This document shows, one piece after another, positions 55,156-64,000 of a DNA stretch of 64,000 bases (the stretch's first letter is position 1; the number at the start of each line of letters is the position of its first letter). The position numbers were made by a program, and so were the translations under genes. Below the pieces are notes generated by a model. The model ran no database searches and had not been told where the DNA came from. It saw only the letters and a program-made list of their open reading frames with translations. The DNA is from a virus, in the IMG/VR virus record IMGVR_UViG_3300010158_000028, positions 1 through 64,000 of that record; one strand, written 5' to 3'.

Positions 55156-57566
55156 AGATAGTTTTTCTTTTTAAATGAAGCAAGACTAATGCCTTGTTTT
55201 TTTAATTCATCTTCTTTTTGATCCCCGATAGATGCAGTAGTTTCATCACCAGTTAATTCACTTAATTTATCTTTCATCTTTGGTTTTGCTTTACCGTCTT
55301 TACCAATAATCTCTTGGTTCCAACCAGACATGGCCATACCAGGTTCTATGCCCATGTCAATCTCATTTATTTTTTCTTTGAGCTTCTTCTTCGCTTGGGT
55401 GAAGGAGATTTTTGTTCTTGGACTGGTGCTGGTGCTTCCACAACCGCAGTCACAACTGGCGCCACCTCCACAACTACTTCCTTCGGTGACTCTACTGGTA
55501 CTGATACTTCTACTTTGACTTCTTCCTTCTTCTTGAATATATTCTTTATGAAATTCAACATCATTACTCTCCTTAAGTTTAACTACATAAAAATTGCCTT
55601 GTTTTTCAACTTCACCATTTTTGAGATGTGCATCTTTGGCAGCGGCACGCCTCATCATGTATTTTCTAGTGTTACCTTTACCATCTTTAAGATAATTCTT
55701 TTTCTCTACACTTTCTATAAGCATTGGTGTTCCCAATGTCAATGCATTAAAGGCACTTCTATCTGAAAATTGATAATGCTCTTCAACTTCTTCTTCTGGT
55801 TCTTCATCAGATTTTAATAGTTTGATTGCCTTTGCAACTTCTTCTGGTGTATCTCCACTGAATGTAACTGTAACTGTTTCATTTATAAATTCTAAGAACT
55901 GTTCATTAACAGATTCTTTTTTTAATTTAGCAATTTTTGATGTCTCTTTAGTTTTCTGAATAGTTTCTTTTGTTTTTGCTGGTATCTGTGTATTTGATGC
56001 ACCACCTCTTGGTGTTCCAGAGGACATTGATGAACTTGATGTAGGAATATCAGGTGTTTTCAATTTAATCTTACCAACAGCAACTAACTTATCGTTGATG
56101 GAGTGATGTGTTGTTGTTCCGTTTTTACCATATCTACCAAAACCATAGTATTGTAAACCAAGTTTCATTGCTTCTTTATATGCACCAGACTCGGTAGGCG
56201 GTGTTTGATTCAAACCTTTTTCACTTGGTTTTGTTGTATCTTTCTTATTTAATTCTGTTGCCATCCATTGTTGTGCTTGTTCATGATCTGGTTGTTTTGA
56301 TGTAAATTCTTTTACTTTCTTAAAAATCTGCATCATCTCTTCTTTTTTTGCTTTCACTACTTCTGGATCTGCAGAGCGTAAATCTTCAGAGTTATCAAAT
56401 TCAATATAGTTTTGTCCAAATAGTTTAGCAAACTCGGCTCTATTCTTTTGAACTGCATCCCATTTCTCTTTACGAATATTCTCTGGTACTGTTCTACCAC
56501 CACGTTGACCACGTTCAATGTTTCTTTGTTGTGATACTTCATCTTTAGTTTGAACTGCAACCATAGATGTTGCATAACCAATCTCTTCTAACTTCTCTTT
56601 AATCTTCTTAATCTTTTCAAAATCATCACCCGTACCATTAATGATTAAACCATTGCGACCAGACAATGCCAATCTTTGGCGCAACTCAGTGACATTCTTT
56701 GCACGACCACGAACTAAATCTCTTTTGCTTTGTTCACCAGCAGGCATCTTCATATCAAGATTTTCTTTGTCCATCAAGTATTCAAATGCTTTATCTGAAT
56801 TCAATTCTGTTAATCCATGACCTGCAAGTGTATTATCTAATACATAATCTTTACCTGAACCTGGACCGCCAGATAAGAATACTGCTTTGAAGATACTCTT
56901 ATCATGCACACCTTCATCTAACTGTTGTTCAAATAAAAAATCTAATGATAGATTGAATCCTTCTTTAACACCCATACCTTTTCTTACATCATGATATAAT
57001 TCTTTGGCATGTTTATCTTGCACACGACCAGGAATGCCTTGTTTGAATTCTTTATAGTTACCAGATGTTGCATGACCTCTCATCTTAGATGCAGACATAC
57101 CTTCTGCACCCTCTGCATCAGGATCACGTTGACCAGCAGAATGAACTGTAATCTTCTTAAAATTGAAGTGTCCATGCGGTCCTTTTACATTATTGTATTT
57201 GTGTAACAACTTATGATATTCGTCTGTGCGGTCTGAACCAGCAACCATATGCAGATGTGTTGCACCTGCTTTATGTAACTTTGCCGCTTGACTTAGAAAA
57301 TTAGGATGTTCTTTATCTGATACTGTTAGATTAGTATCTGGAAAGAATCGTTTAGCATGTTTTAGTTTTTGTTGAGAAGTGAGAGGATTCTTACCTGGGT
57401 CTTGACTATGTGAGAGAACAACATGGTGTGTTCCACCAACATTTTTAGCAATCTCTTTGACTTTATTGACTAGTTTTTCGTGACCTACTGTAGGTGGATT
57501 GACTCTACCAAATGCCAAAACGGCATGCTTTTCTTTTTCTTCTTTAATAAAATCTTTAAATTTCAT
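55152..57566 (-). CDS. cytidyltransferase-like nucleotidyltransferase fused to a Zeta-like P-loop kinase
   Basis: 'FGRVNPPTVGH', 'AGSDR', 'MSASKMR'; Walker A 'GGPGSGKD'; 'NGTG'; 'RNIERG..R'. Confidence 0.8.
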   Translation of the reverse strand: MKFKDFIKEEKEKHAVLAFGRVNPPTVGHEKLVNKVKEIAKNVGGTHHVVLSHSQDPGKNPLTSQQKLKHAKRFFPDTNLTVSDKEHPNFLSQAAKLHKAGATHLHMVAGSDRTDEYHKLLHKYNNVKGPHGHFNFKKITVHSAGQRDPDAEGAEGMSASKMRGHATSGNYKEFKQGIPGRVQDKHAKELYHDVRKGMGVKEGFNLSLDFLFEQQLDEGVHDKSIFKAVFLSGGPGSGKDYVLDNTLAGHGLTELNSDKAFEYLMDKENLDMKMPAGEQSKRDLVRGRAKNVTELRQRLALSGRNGLIINGTGDDFEKIKKIKEKLEEIGYATSMVAVQTKDEVSQQRNIERGQRGGRTVPENIRKEKWDAVQKNRAEFAKLFGQNYIEFDNSEDLRSADPEVVKAKKEEMMQIFKKVKEFTSKQPDHEQAQQWMATELNKKDTTKPSEKGLNQTPPTESGAYKEAMKLGLQYYGFGRYGKNGTTTHHSINDKLVAVGKIKLKTPDIPTSSSSMSSGTPRGGASNTQIPAKTKETIQKTKETSKIAKLKKESVNEQFLEFINETVTVTFSGDTPEEVAKAIKLLKSDEEPEEEVEEHYQFSDRSAFNALTLGTPMLIESVEKKNYLKDGKGNTRKYMMRRAAAKDAHLKNGEVEKQGNFYVVKLKESNDVEFHKEYIQEEGRSQSRSISTSRVTEGSSCGGGASCDCGCGSTSTSPRTKISFTQAKKKLKEKINEIDMGIEPGMAMSGWNQEIIGKDGKAKPKMKDKLSELTGDETTASIGDQKEDELKKQGISLASFKKKNYL
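55367..55564 (-). CDS. nested small gene in an alternate frame
   Basis: AAGGAG RBS; amphipathic N-terminus, V/E/P/A linker, basic tail. Confidence 0.6.
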   Translation of the reverse strand: MMLNFIKNIFKKKEEVKVEVSVPVESPKEVVVEVAPVVTAVVEAPAPVQEQKSPSPKRRRSSKKK

Positions 57567-57596
57567 GTTCTCCCGCCTCTATAGCAAGTTATACTG

Positions 57597-57604
57597 TATT
57601 TATA
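57597..57604 (-). promoter_or_regulatory. T4-type late promoter
   Basis: TATAAATA 30 nt upstream of the ATG at 57566. Confidence 0.75.
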
Positions 57605-58052
57605 CTTTTAACATCTTCACATAATCAGAACAAACACCTATTGGGTTAATTTGTTTAATTTCTTCATAGTTCCAATGTTTTTCTGGCATTACCATAATCG
57701 TCATATCATTAACAACTTCTTTACCCGGATATGCCCATGTATACCCAAAATTAGTCATTGTATAGTCATCATTTTCATGCCAAAAATAATGTAGTTTTGG
57801 ATGATTAAAACAATATGCCATTGCACGAACATCTTTACAATGAATCCATAGATGGTCCACTCTATCAATTAAGTAATTCTCTTTTACTTTGTATTGTTCA
57901 CAATCATGGCCAAAGTATAAATCATTCTTAATCATTCGTAAATCTACTTCAACACAATAACCACGTTCTATGGCATCATCCAAATAATAAGGATTGTTTT
58001 CTTCTGCAATATTAGGTCCGTTAATATTACCTCTGTGTGCAATCAGTATCAT
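57600..58052 (-). CDS. GDPD/PLC-like phosphodiesterase-fold protein
   Basis: 'IAHRGN', 'EVDL', 'GHD', 'WIHCK', 'GVCSDY'. Confidence 0.78.
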   Translation of the reverse strand: MILIAHRGNINGPNIAEENNPYYLDDAIERGYCVEVDLRMIKNDLYFGHDCEQYKVKENYLIDRVDHLWIHCKDVRAMAYCFNHPKLHYFWHENDDYTMTNFGYTWAYPGKEVVNDMTIMVMPEKHWNYEEIKQINPIGVCSDYVKMLKV

Positions 58053-58729
58053 AGGTTTATAACAACTCCTAAGTTTTCTCCACGACCAGAAGGAATCATA
58101 ATCTCAACTTTTTTACCTATCTTCTCAAATAAATGATCATGTACCTTTTGTGTAAAACTCCATTCATATACATCGTGAAATGCTAATACATACTTATCTG
58201 CCAATAATGGTAAAAATGCATCAATATCTTTAATCATTTGTTCTTCAAAATGACCAGCATCAATAAAGACAAAATCTAATTTCTCACGAAAATGATTCTT
58301 AATGCATCTAAACGTATCATCTGGACTCCAACCAATCTCAGGAAATAACGTATTCTGTAATTCAAACTTCTCAATAAGATATTTTACAGATTTATAACCA
58401 TCAGATGTTTCATATACTGTTCTTTCAAAATCTTTGTATGCACCAGGATTCTGACATTTCTCTTCAATGTATGCATCCATAGTAACTATCTTACCACCAG
58501 TTTGTTTGAAACCTAATCCAATTGCACAACTACTCACACCAAATGCAGTAGCACATTCATATCCTCTCTGCAAATTATGTTCAATAATCAAATCTCTAAG
58601 AAAATTAAATTCTTCTTCTTTTATAGAATATGGATATGGATGTTGTTTCATCTTAATATGACCACTACCCGTATTCTCATACTGAACTGGTCCATCTTCA
58701 AACTTTACTATTTCTTCAAATTGACTCAT
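58049..58729 (-). CDS. class I SAM-dependent methyltransferase (Methyltransf_24-like)
   Basis: 'ECATAFGVS', 'DFVFIDAGH', 'FHD'. Confidence 0.8.
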   Translation of the reverse strand: MSQFEEIVKFEDGPVQYENTGSGHIKMKQHPYPYSIKEEEFNFLRDLIIEHNLQRGYECATAFGVSSCAIGLGFKQTGGKIVTMDAYIEEKCQNPGAYKDFERTVYETSDGYKSVKYLIEKFELQNTLFPEIGWSPDDTFRCIKNHFREKLDFVFIDAGHFEEQMIKDIDAFLPLLADKYVLAFHDVYEWSFTQKVHDHLFEKIGKKVEIMIPSGRGENLGVVINL

Positions 58730-59442
58730 TTATCCATCTCCACGTATTCACCTTTAGGTGTATGTTGTAATGTTTTATGTATGCTAAATTCTTTCCATGG
58801 TAATCTCATATCAGATATCCATTGTGTAGATAAAACATGTGGACACAATAAATCAGTTTTCATATACAAATGCGTTAAGAAACATGATGCCTTAGAAAAC
58901 AACATCATATTAAACATATTACCCGCTTGAATCATATCACCTGTACCTTGACCGAGATGATTACGATGTGCCATAGTATAGAACTTATCAGTTTCAAATT
59001 CTGGCAAATCTTCATGTAGAATCATATCTGGTCTCATACGTATAACTAAATCATAAAACATACCAGTATGTGATACAAAGTTTTCTACTAAACTAATACC
59101 CGCATGTAACTTATGAAACATTGATAAGATATTCTTTGGTCTATGTGCAAAATTCTTATAAAGATTGCCACGATACTCAAACAACTCATTGTAATTATTC
59201 CAATCTTCAATTACTAATGATGTTGGTTTGTATGCCTCAATAATCTCTTCTCTATCAATCTTTGGGGTATCTTCAAAATACCCTTTCTCATTTTGTTTAT
59301 CCCCAGGTATCCACCATCCCTCTTCATTCCATGTATGAATAAAAATATCAGGATTGTATCTATCAATTACCTTCTCTTTAAAATTAGGTAATACATCACG
59401 CCAACACCTAAGATGTCCAGTTAATACTATAGCAACTTTCAT
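58726..59442 (-). CDS. glycosyltransferase-like protein
   Basis: 'MKVAIVLTGHLR', 'DIFIHTW', 'YDLVIRMRPD'. Confidence 0.65.
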   Translation of the reverse strand: MKVAIVLTGHLRCWRDVLPNFKEKVIDRYNPDIFIHTWNEEGWWIPGDKQNEKGYFEDTPKIDREEIIEAYKPTSLVIEDWNNYNELFEYRGNLYKNFAHRPKNILSMFHKLHAGISLVENFVSHTGMFYDLVIRMRPDMILHEDLPEFETDKFYTMAHRNHLGQGTGDMIQAGNMFNMMLFSKASCFLTHLYMKTDLLCPHVLSTQWISDMRLPWKEFSIHKTLQHTPKGEYVEMDK

Positions 59443-60269
59443 CTGTCTGTATGCACTTTCAAAAAAGTATTATTCATTGTGTTTATTTCATTTTTAATCC
59501 ACATAGGATTATATGAAGAATAAACATGTTGAAAAATATGTTCATCAATCAATTCCTGACTTTCTATAAAACTTGTTTTACAATAAATTGCATCGTCATT
59601 AAAATTTAATATTTTTAATTTAGCAGATTTGTGCAATAGTAAATAAAACCCATATATGATGTAATCAAAATCTTGTGAATTAACTTTAATCCAATTCTCT
59701 TCATAGTTTATATATTCTAAAAAATCTGTGAAGTTTAATTTGCTATAAACCGGTATATCATTAAACCAAAAGAAAACATTCATTGTAGTGCCATTAACTT
59801 CAGAATTAAACATACCATATGAAAGAATATCACTTAACTTCTGTTTTTCAAAATCTGTAAAAAACTTCAATGGTTCAGTTTGATAATAATACTTTTGTTG
59901 TATTAAATTTGAATATAATGTATTCTCTTTTATTTTATGGTAAAATAGTGTATCATAATCCATATTTTTAAGAAATAACGTATCAACATCAATTACCCCA
60001 ACTTTATCAAATTCATCTTGTGTAAAAATCTCAATCAATCCACTGTATTTTTTTTGAGTAATAACACCATAATTTACGGGTCTTTGATTAACAATTGAAC
60101 GATATTTTAACTTTTTGTTTTTTGTTTTGAATTCTTTTGCATCTTCTTCAGATGAAAATATTAAGTAAATATGATCATCATTAAAGTGTTTATTATAACT
60201 CTCTATTAATTTACTACCTTCATCAAATTTTGGTGGATGTATTGGTGCAAGAAAACAAGATTTGTTCAC
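59439..60269 (-). CDS. GT-A-like protein
   Basis: DxD motif 'IDVDTLF'; located in the glycan cluster. Confidence 0.5.
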   Translation of the reverse strand: MNKSCFLAPIHPPKFDEGSKLIESYNKHFNDDHIYLIFSSEEDAKEFKTKNKKLKYRSIVNQRPVNYGVITQKKYSGLIEIFTQDEFDKVGVIDVDTLFLKNMDYDTLFYHKIKENTLYSNLIQQKYYYQTEPLKFFTDFEKQKLSDILSYGMFNSEVNGTTMNVFFWFNDIPVYSKLNFTDFLEYINYEENWIKVNSQDFDYIIYGFYLLLHKSAKLKILNFNDDAIYCKTSFIESQELIDEHIFQHVYSSYNPMWIKNEINTMNNTFLKVHTDR

Positions 60270-61636
60270 TTGTAATTCTCTAAAAAGTAATTCAAATCTT
60301 CAGGTGTACCTAATCCCCACATCTTGTCAATGTTCTTTACACGAATCTTTTTACCATCACCAATTGCTTCATTGAATACTGGACAAACATAAAACTCATT
60401 GTTTGTTCTGATATTCTTCTCAATCATCTGTTCTGTATACTTAACATAATCAGAACCTTTCTTCCAGTAATAGATACCTACAGTAGCAATATTTGAAATA
60501 GGATTCTTCTCTGCAACTTCAGATACAAACCCATCATCACCTAACTTAGCAAATGACCACTTAGGATGTGTTGCTTCAAATGTAACAATACCACCATCTA
60601 CTGTATCTGCAGTAAATGCATAGAGACATTCATTTGAATTCCATTCTGCAAACTGATCTGAGTTTGCCATCAATAATGGTTGATCATTATCAATAAATTC
60701 TTTTGCAAGTAATGTAGTGCAAGCCGCACCTTCTGTAATACCATCTACTTGAACAATATCACAACCTGGTGCAATTAGATTCAATAACTGCTTTAGATTG
60801 TATTTCTCGTAGTGATCTTTTTGTACCAAGAAGATAAAGTGTGCATCAACATTTAAGTTTTCAACAACAACTTGAATCATTGGTTTGCCATTAACTTCAA
60901 TTAATGGTTTAGGAAATGTGTATCCTGCTTGAGCAAATCTACTACCAGCACCTGCCATTGGTATTAATACATTCATCTTATTATCTCTCCATGGTATCTT
61001 TTTTCTCGTCACGCCATCAAGTATATCTTTTGCTTCATCAATCTTTTCTTTGGTCAAATCTGTTGTATCTTTTACGGGTACTAGATGAGCACCAGAATTC
61101 AATGCACCTTCACGACCAATATGACTATCTTCAATGATTACTGTATTCTTAGGCAATACATCTAACTCAGTCATACATTTCCAATACATTTCGGGAAATG
61201 GTTTTGTTCTCTTTACATCTTCATTACTGATATAGTAATCAACAAACTCTAACACACCAATACTTAGTAATGCAATCTTTACAGTTTCACGAATTGAATT
61301 ACTAGCAACTGCAATCTTAATACCTTGTAACTTAAGTAACTGAAATGTATCAATTAGAAATTGATTCTTTGGAAACTGTTTGATAAGTGTAAAAGTAATC
61401 TCTTGTTTATCGGACCATACTTTAGTATAATGACTTGGACTCAAACCTTTATCATCTGTCAACATCTTAAGTTTCTTTGTAGTATTTAATCCATCATACT
61501 TACTTAAGTGTTCTTCACGACTGATTACGTATTGTTCACCAAATTGACTTAATGCAACATTCAGTGCTTCATAGTGTAATTCACGACTATCAATCAATAC
61601 ACCATCAAGATCAAAAATAATTAACTTATTGTGCAT
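60266..61636 (-). CDS. HAD phosphatase fused to a sugar-phosphate nucleotidyltransferase
   Basis: 'FDLDGVLIDS', 'KPFP', 'EDS'; 'IPMAGAGSRF..PKPLI', 'GTPEDL'. Confidence 0.88.
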   Translation of the reverse strand: MHNKLIIFDLDGVLIDSRELHYEALNVALSQFGEQYVISREEHLSKYDGLNTTKKLKMLTDDKGLSPSHYTKVWSDKQEITFTLIKQFPKNQFLIDTFQLLKLQGIKIAVASNSIRETVKIALLSIGVLEFVDYYISNEDVKRTKPFPEMYWKCMTELDVLPKNTVIIEDSHIGREGALNSGAHLVPVKDTTDLTKEKIDEAKDILDGVTRKKIPWRDNKMNVLIPMAGAGSRFAQAGYTFPKPLIEVNGKPMIQVVVENLNVDAHFIFLVQKDHYEKYNLKQLLNLIAPGCDIVQVDGITEGAACTTLLAKEFIDNDQPLLMANSDQFAEWNSNECLYAFTADTVDGGIVTFEATHPKWSFAKLGDDGFVSEVAEKNPISNIATVGIYYWKKGSDYVKYTEQMIEKNIRTNNEFYVCPVFNEAIGDGKKIRVKNIDKMWGLGTPEDLNYFLENYK

Positions 61637-62249
61637 CACGATGTACCTTGTTGTGACGAACAATACTCTTGCCATTACATACCCATTTGCATTGTGTTCT
61701 CATGCGTAATGACCATTCTACATCTTCTGCTTGATGATGAACTAATTCTTCATTGAAAGGTATTTTAGTTGCTAACTCTTTCTTAACAATCATAAACCCA
61801 CCAGATTGATACATGCATAATGTCTGTGACCAATCATCATATGGTAATGATGCATACTGTGGAAAGAATGGTGAATCCCAGATAACCCAATCAGTGAAAT
61901 GTCTTTTACCATTAATCAATAACTGTTGGCACGATGCAACATCCCAATCATCACCAAACTCAAGAAAGTTTGTATACCAATCTTTATCAAATACATAATA
62001 ATCATGCATCAATACTACATTCTCATACTTTGCAGATTGAACTAATGTATTTTTCTTTCGTGTGATCCAACCTTCTTTTTCAGATTCATCAAAGTAAATG
62101 TATTTTACAGTATCAGTATCTTCATGTTTGGTTGGTCCAATACATAAAATTTCATAGTTAGGTATGTTTAGTGCTTCAATAGATTGAAAAACTTCATTCA
62201 ACTGATCCATATTTTTATAGGTAGTTGTTATTCCAAATGTAAAATTCAT
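61626..62249 (-). CDS. GT2-like glycosyltransferase
   Basis: 'ITRKKN', 'LMHDY', 'EDVEWS'. Confidence 0.7.
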   Translation of the reverse strand: MNFTFGITTTYKNMDQLNEVFQSIEALNIPNYEILCIGPTKHEDTDTVKYIYFDESEKEGWITRKKNTLVQSAKYENVVLMHDYYVFDKDWYTNFLEFGDDWDVASCQQLLINGKRHFTDWVIWDSPFFPQYASLPYDDWSQTLCMYQSGGFMIVKKELATKIPFNEELVHHQAEDVEWSLRMRTQCKWVCNGKSIVRHNKVHRDAQ

Positions 62250-63202
62250 ACAAGCCTCATTATATCGTCAACGGTGTTTTTAATTAAATGGTTTAGCGTT
62301 ACAAACTCGTGTGCATCATCTATCTGTTTCTTTCTGACACCTTTAAACTTCTGCATATACTCTACCAACTCATCATCATTGGTATAAGTAAATCCAAATT
62401 CTTTTAATACCTTTGCACCAGCAATCTCTCTTGATGCCCATGGTGTTCTATTCAACATAGATTCCAATAACACAAGACCAAACCCTTCTTTGTGTGAGTG
62501 CATAATATATAGATCGGCTTCACTGAGTGCAGATAATACTTCATTTCTATCTTCAATCATTAATGCCTTAACATTATCAGTATCATTAGGTTTGATTTGA
62601 TGTCTATTATCATAACCTGTTAATACTAATGTTACATCTTTTCTATCTACTTTACCAAATGCTTCTACTAACTCATTCATTGCTTTGTTGGGCCAGTATC
62701 CACCACATGACAGAAACATATACTTAGTAGTGATTTCATACTTCTCACGAAAACCTTTTTGTCCTACTGATACTTTATCATCTATGCCATGTCTAATCTG
62801 AACTGATTTTCTCATTACAGATTTACGTTTAACATACTCCCAATCTTCTTGTGTTGAACAACCAAGATACTTAACATTTTGAATTGCTCTTTGATATACA
62901 TTACTTTCAGATGGAACAATAAGCATAAACACAATTGGTGATGGTATCTTATTACAATTATTCAATACAAAATCTTGTAATCCAACATCACCACCATGAA
63001 CAACAATTAAGTCCCACTTTTCTAATAGTATAGATGCTTCATTAGATACACGAACACCATTTAAATTACCTTGATGTTCACCTGCAAATACTGCAACTTC
63101 ATGTCCACGACTTAATGTTTCATCTGCCATATCACGAACATAGTTTTCAGAACCACCAGGATATGGTGCATATCTATGAACAACATATAAAATCTTACTC
63201 AT
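62246..63202 (-). CDS. GT4 (GT-B) glycosyltransferase
   Basis: 'GGSE' and 'EGFGLVLLES'. Confidence 0.85.
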   Translation of the reverse strand: MSKILYVVHRYAPYPGGSENYVRDMADETLSRGHEVAVFAGEHQGNLNGVRVSNEASILLEKWDLIVVHGGDVGLQDFVLNNCNKIPSPIVFMLIVPSESNVYQRAIQNVKYLGCSTQEDWEYVKRKSVMRKSVQIRHGIDDKVSVGQKGFREKYEITTKYMFLSCGGYWPNKAMNELVEAFGKVDRKDVTLVLTGYDNRHQIKPNDTDNVKALMIEDRNEVLSALSEADLYIMHSHKEGFGLVLLESMLNRTPWASREIAGAKVLKEFGFTYTNDDELVEYMQKFKGVRKKQIDDAHEFVTLNHLIKNTVDDIMRLV

Positions 63203-64000
63203 ACTGTGCCTCTATTTCTCTACGCCATTCTGTTCTATCATATTGATGAACAATACAGAATTCTTTACCTGTGCTAGTTAAAACTTTACCGTTCTCAAAC
63301 TTAGGACTTGGTTCTAATAGTTTAGGTCTAAATTCATCAATCTTTGATGGGTCTGCAGTAGTACCTAATTGACATGCCCATCCATCTTCAGATTTCATAT
63401 AACGACTATATGAATTATCTTTGTATGGTAATTGTGATATCATAAAATTGAATGTTGATTGGTCACAAATAGGAATAGGTCTATTGATTGCGGCAGTAAA
63501 GATATTGATTGCAAGTGATTTCATTGCTTCATGTCTACCACCCAATACACCTACATTATAGATTTCATTATCTCTAAACTTCTCATGGATATATGGTCCA
63601 TAAGTTTCTAATAGATTGTTATCGCCCCAAGGTTCATCTTTATACAAAATACTTTCAGATGCAAACAATAGATGTTGGCGTTGACCTAATTGTTCTTCTA
63701 AGAACTTTGATGGATTGGTTTGAAATATAACATCTTTAACATCGGTAGTAATTACATACCGATATTCATGTGTAGATAGATGTTCGTAGATGTGTAGGAA
63801 TCGTTCTACATGAACAGGTAATTTTGATTGGTAAACTAGATTACCATCTTTATCTTGATTGAATCCTATGATGTTTACACCACAACTTGCAACTTGATAT
63901 GCGGTTTTTGAATCACAATTCATTAAGATAAGGGCAATATCACCTTCAAATCCTGATCGTCTAATTGAAAGAACCCAATATTTAATTGTGTCCCATGTGT
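63195..64000 (-). CDS. GT-A-like protein, 5' end beyond the window
   Basis: 'TDVKDVIFQTNP', 'DQSTFN', 'VHQYDR'; the frame stays open to the window edge. Confidence 0.65.
   Translation of the reverse strand, partial: TWDTIKYWVLSIRRSGFEGDIALILMNCDSKTAYQVASCGVNIIGFNQDKDGNLVYQSKLPVHVERFLHIYEHLSTHEYRYVITTDVKDVIFQTNPSKFLEEQLGQRQHLLFASESILYKDEPWGDNNLLETYGPYIHEKFRDNEIYNVGVLGGRHEAMKSLAINIFTAAINRPIPICDQSTFNFMISQLPYKDNSYSRYMKSEDGWACQLGTTADPSKIDEFRPKLLEPSPKFENGKVLTSTGKEFCIVHQYDRTEWRREIEAQYE

Noticed and set aside
1545-62387. Numerous short plus-strand ORFs antisense to long genes
   Set aside because: They are shadow frames of well-supported minus-strand genes, lacking RBSs and motifs.
1-64000. Stop-codon reassignment
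   Set aside because: Core genes are intact in code 11, all three stop codons terminate genes, and no suppressor tRNA is present (the Ser anticodon UGA reads UCA).

Overview
This is an AT-rich 64-kb segment of a large T4-like (Tevenvirinae/Kyanoviridae-type) myophage genome in the standard genetic code, with most genes on the minus strand. The host is probably an aquatic Gram-negative proteobacterium, most likely a betaproteobacterium given two Bug/TctC genes and a phasin-like ORF. From left to right the window holds: RNase H and neighbours; two homing-endonuclease-type ORFs sharing a covarying structured leader; a curli-like secretion plus cAMP signalling operon (CsgF-like, beta-barrel, CsgG, curlin-like, FecR, CHASE2-adenylate cyclase); five tRNAs; and a ~16-kb early region of small genes built from repeated sigma70 promoter cassettes carrying IHF-consensus boxes. 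That early region also contains a tRNA(CAU) co-transcribed with two unexplained long-stem RNAs. After it come an accessory island (2OG oxygenase, two TctC, three PP-loop paralogs, adhesin-like gene); phoH, a GIY-YIG nuclease, nrdB, nrdA, thyX and primase; a lysis cassette with an embedded o-spanin; late head-targeted proteins, including a nucleotidyltransferase-kinase fusion containing a nested gene; and a glycosyl/methyltransferase cluster cut by the window edge. All functional calls come from motif recognition by eye; no searches were run.
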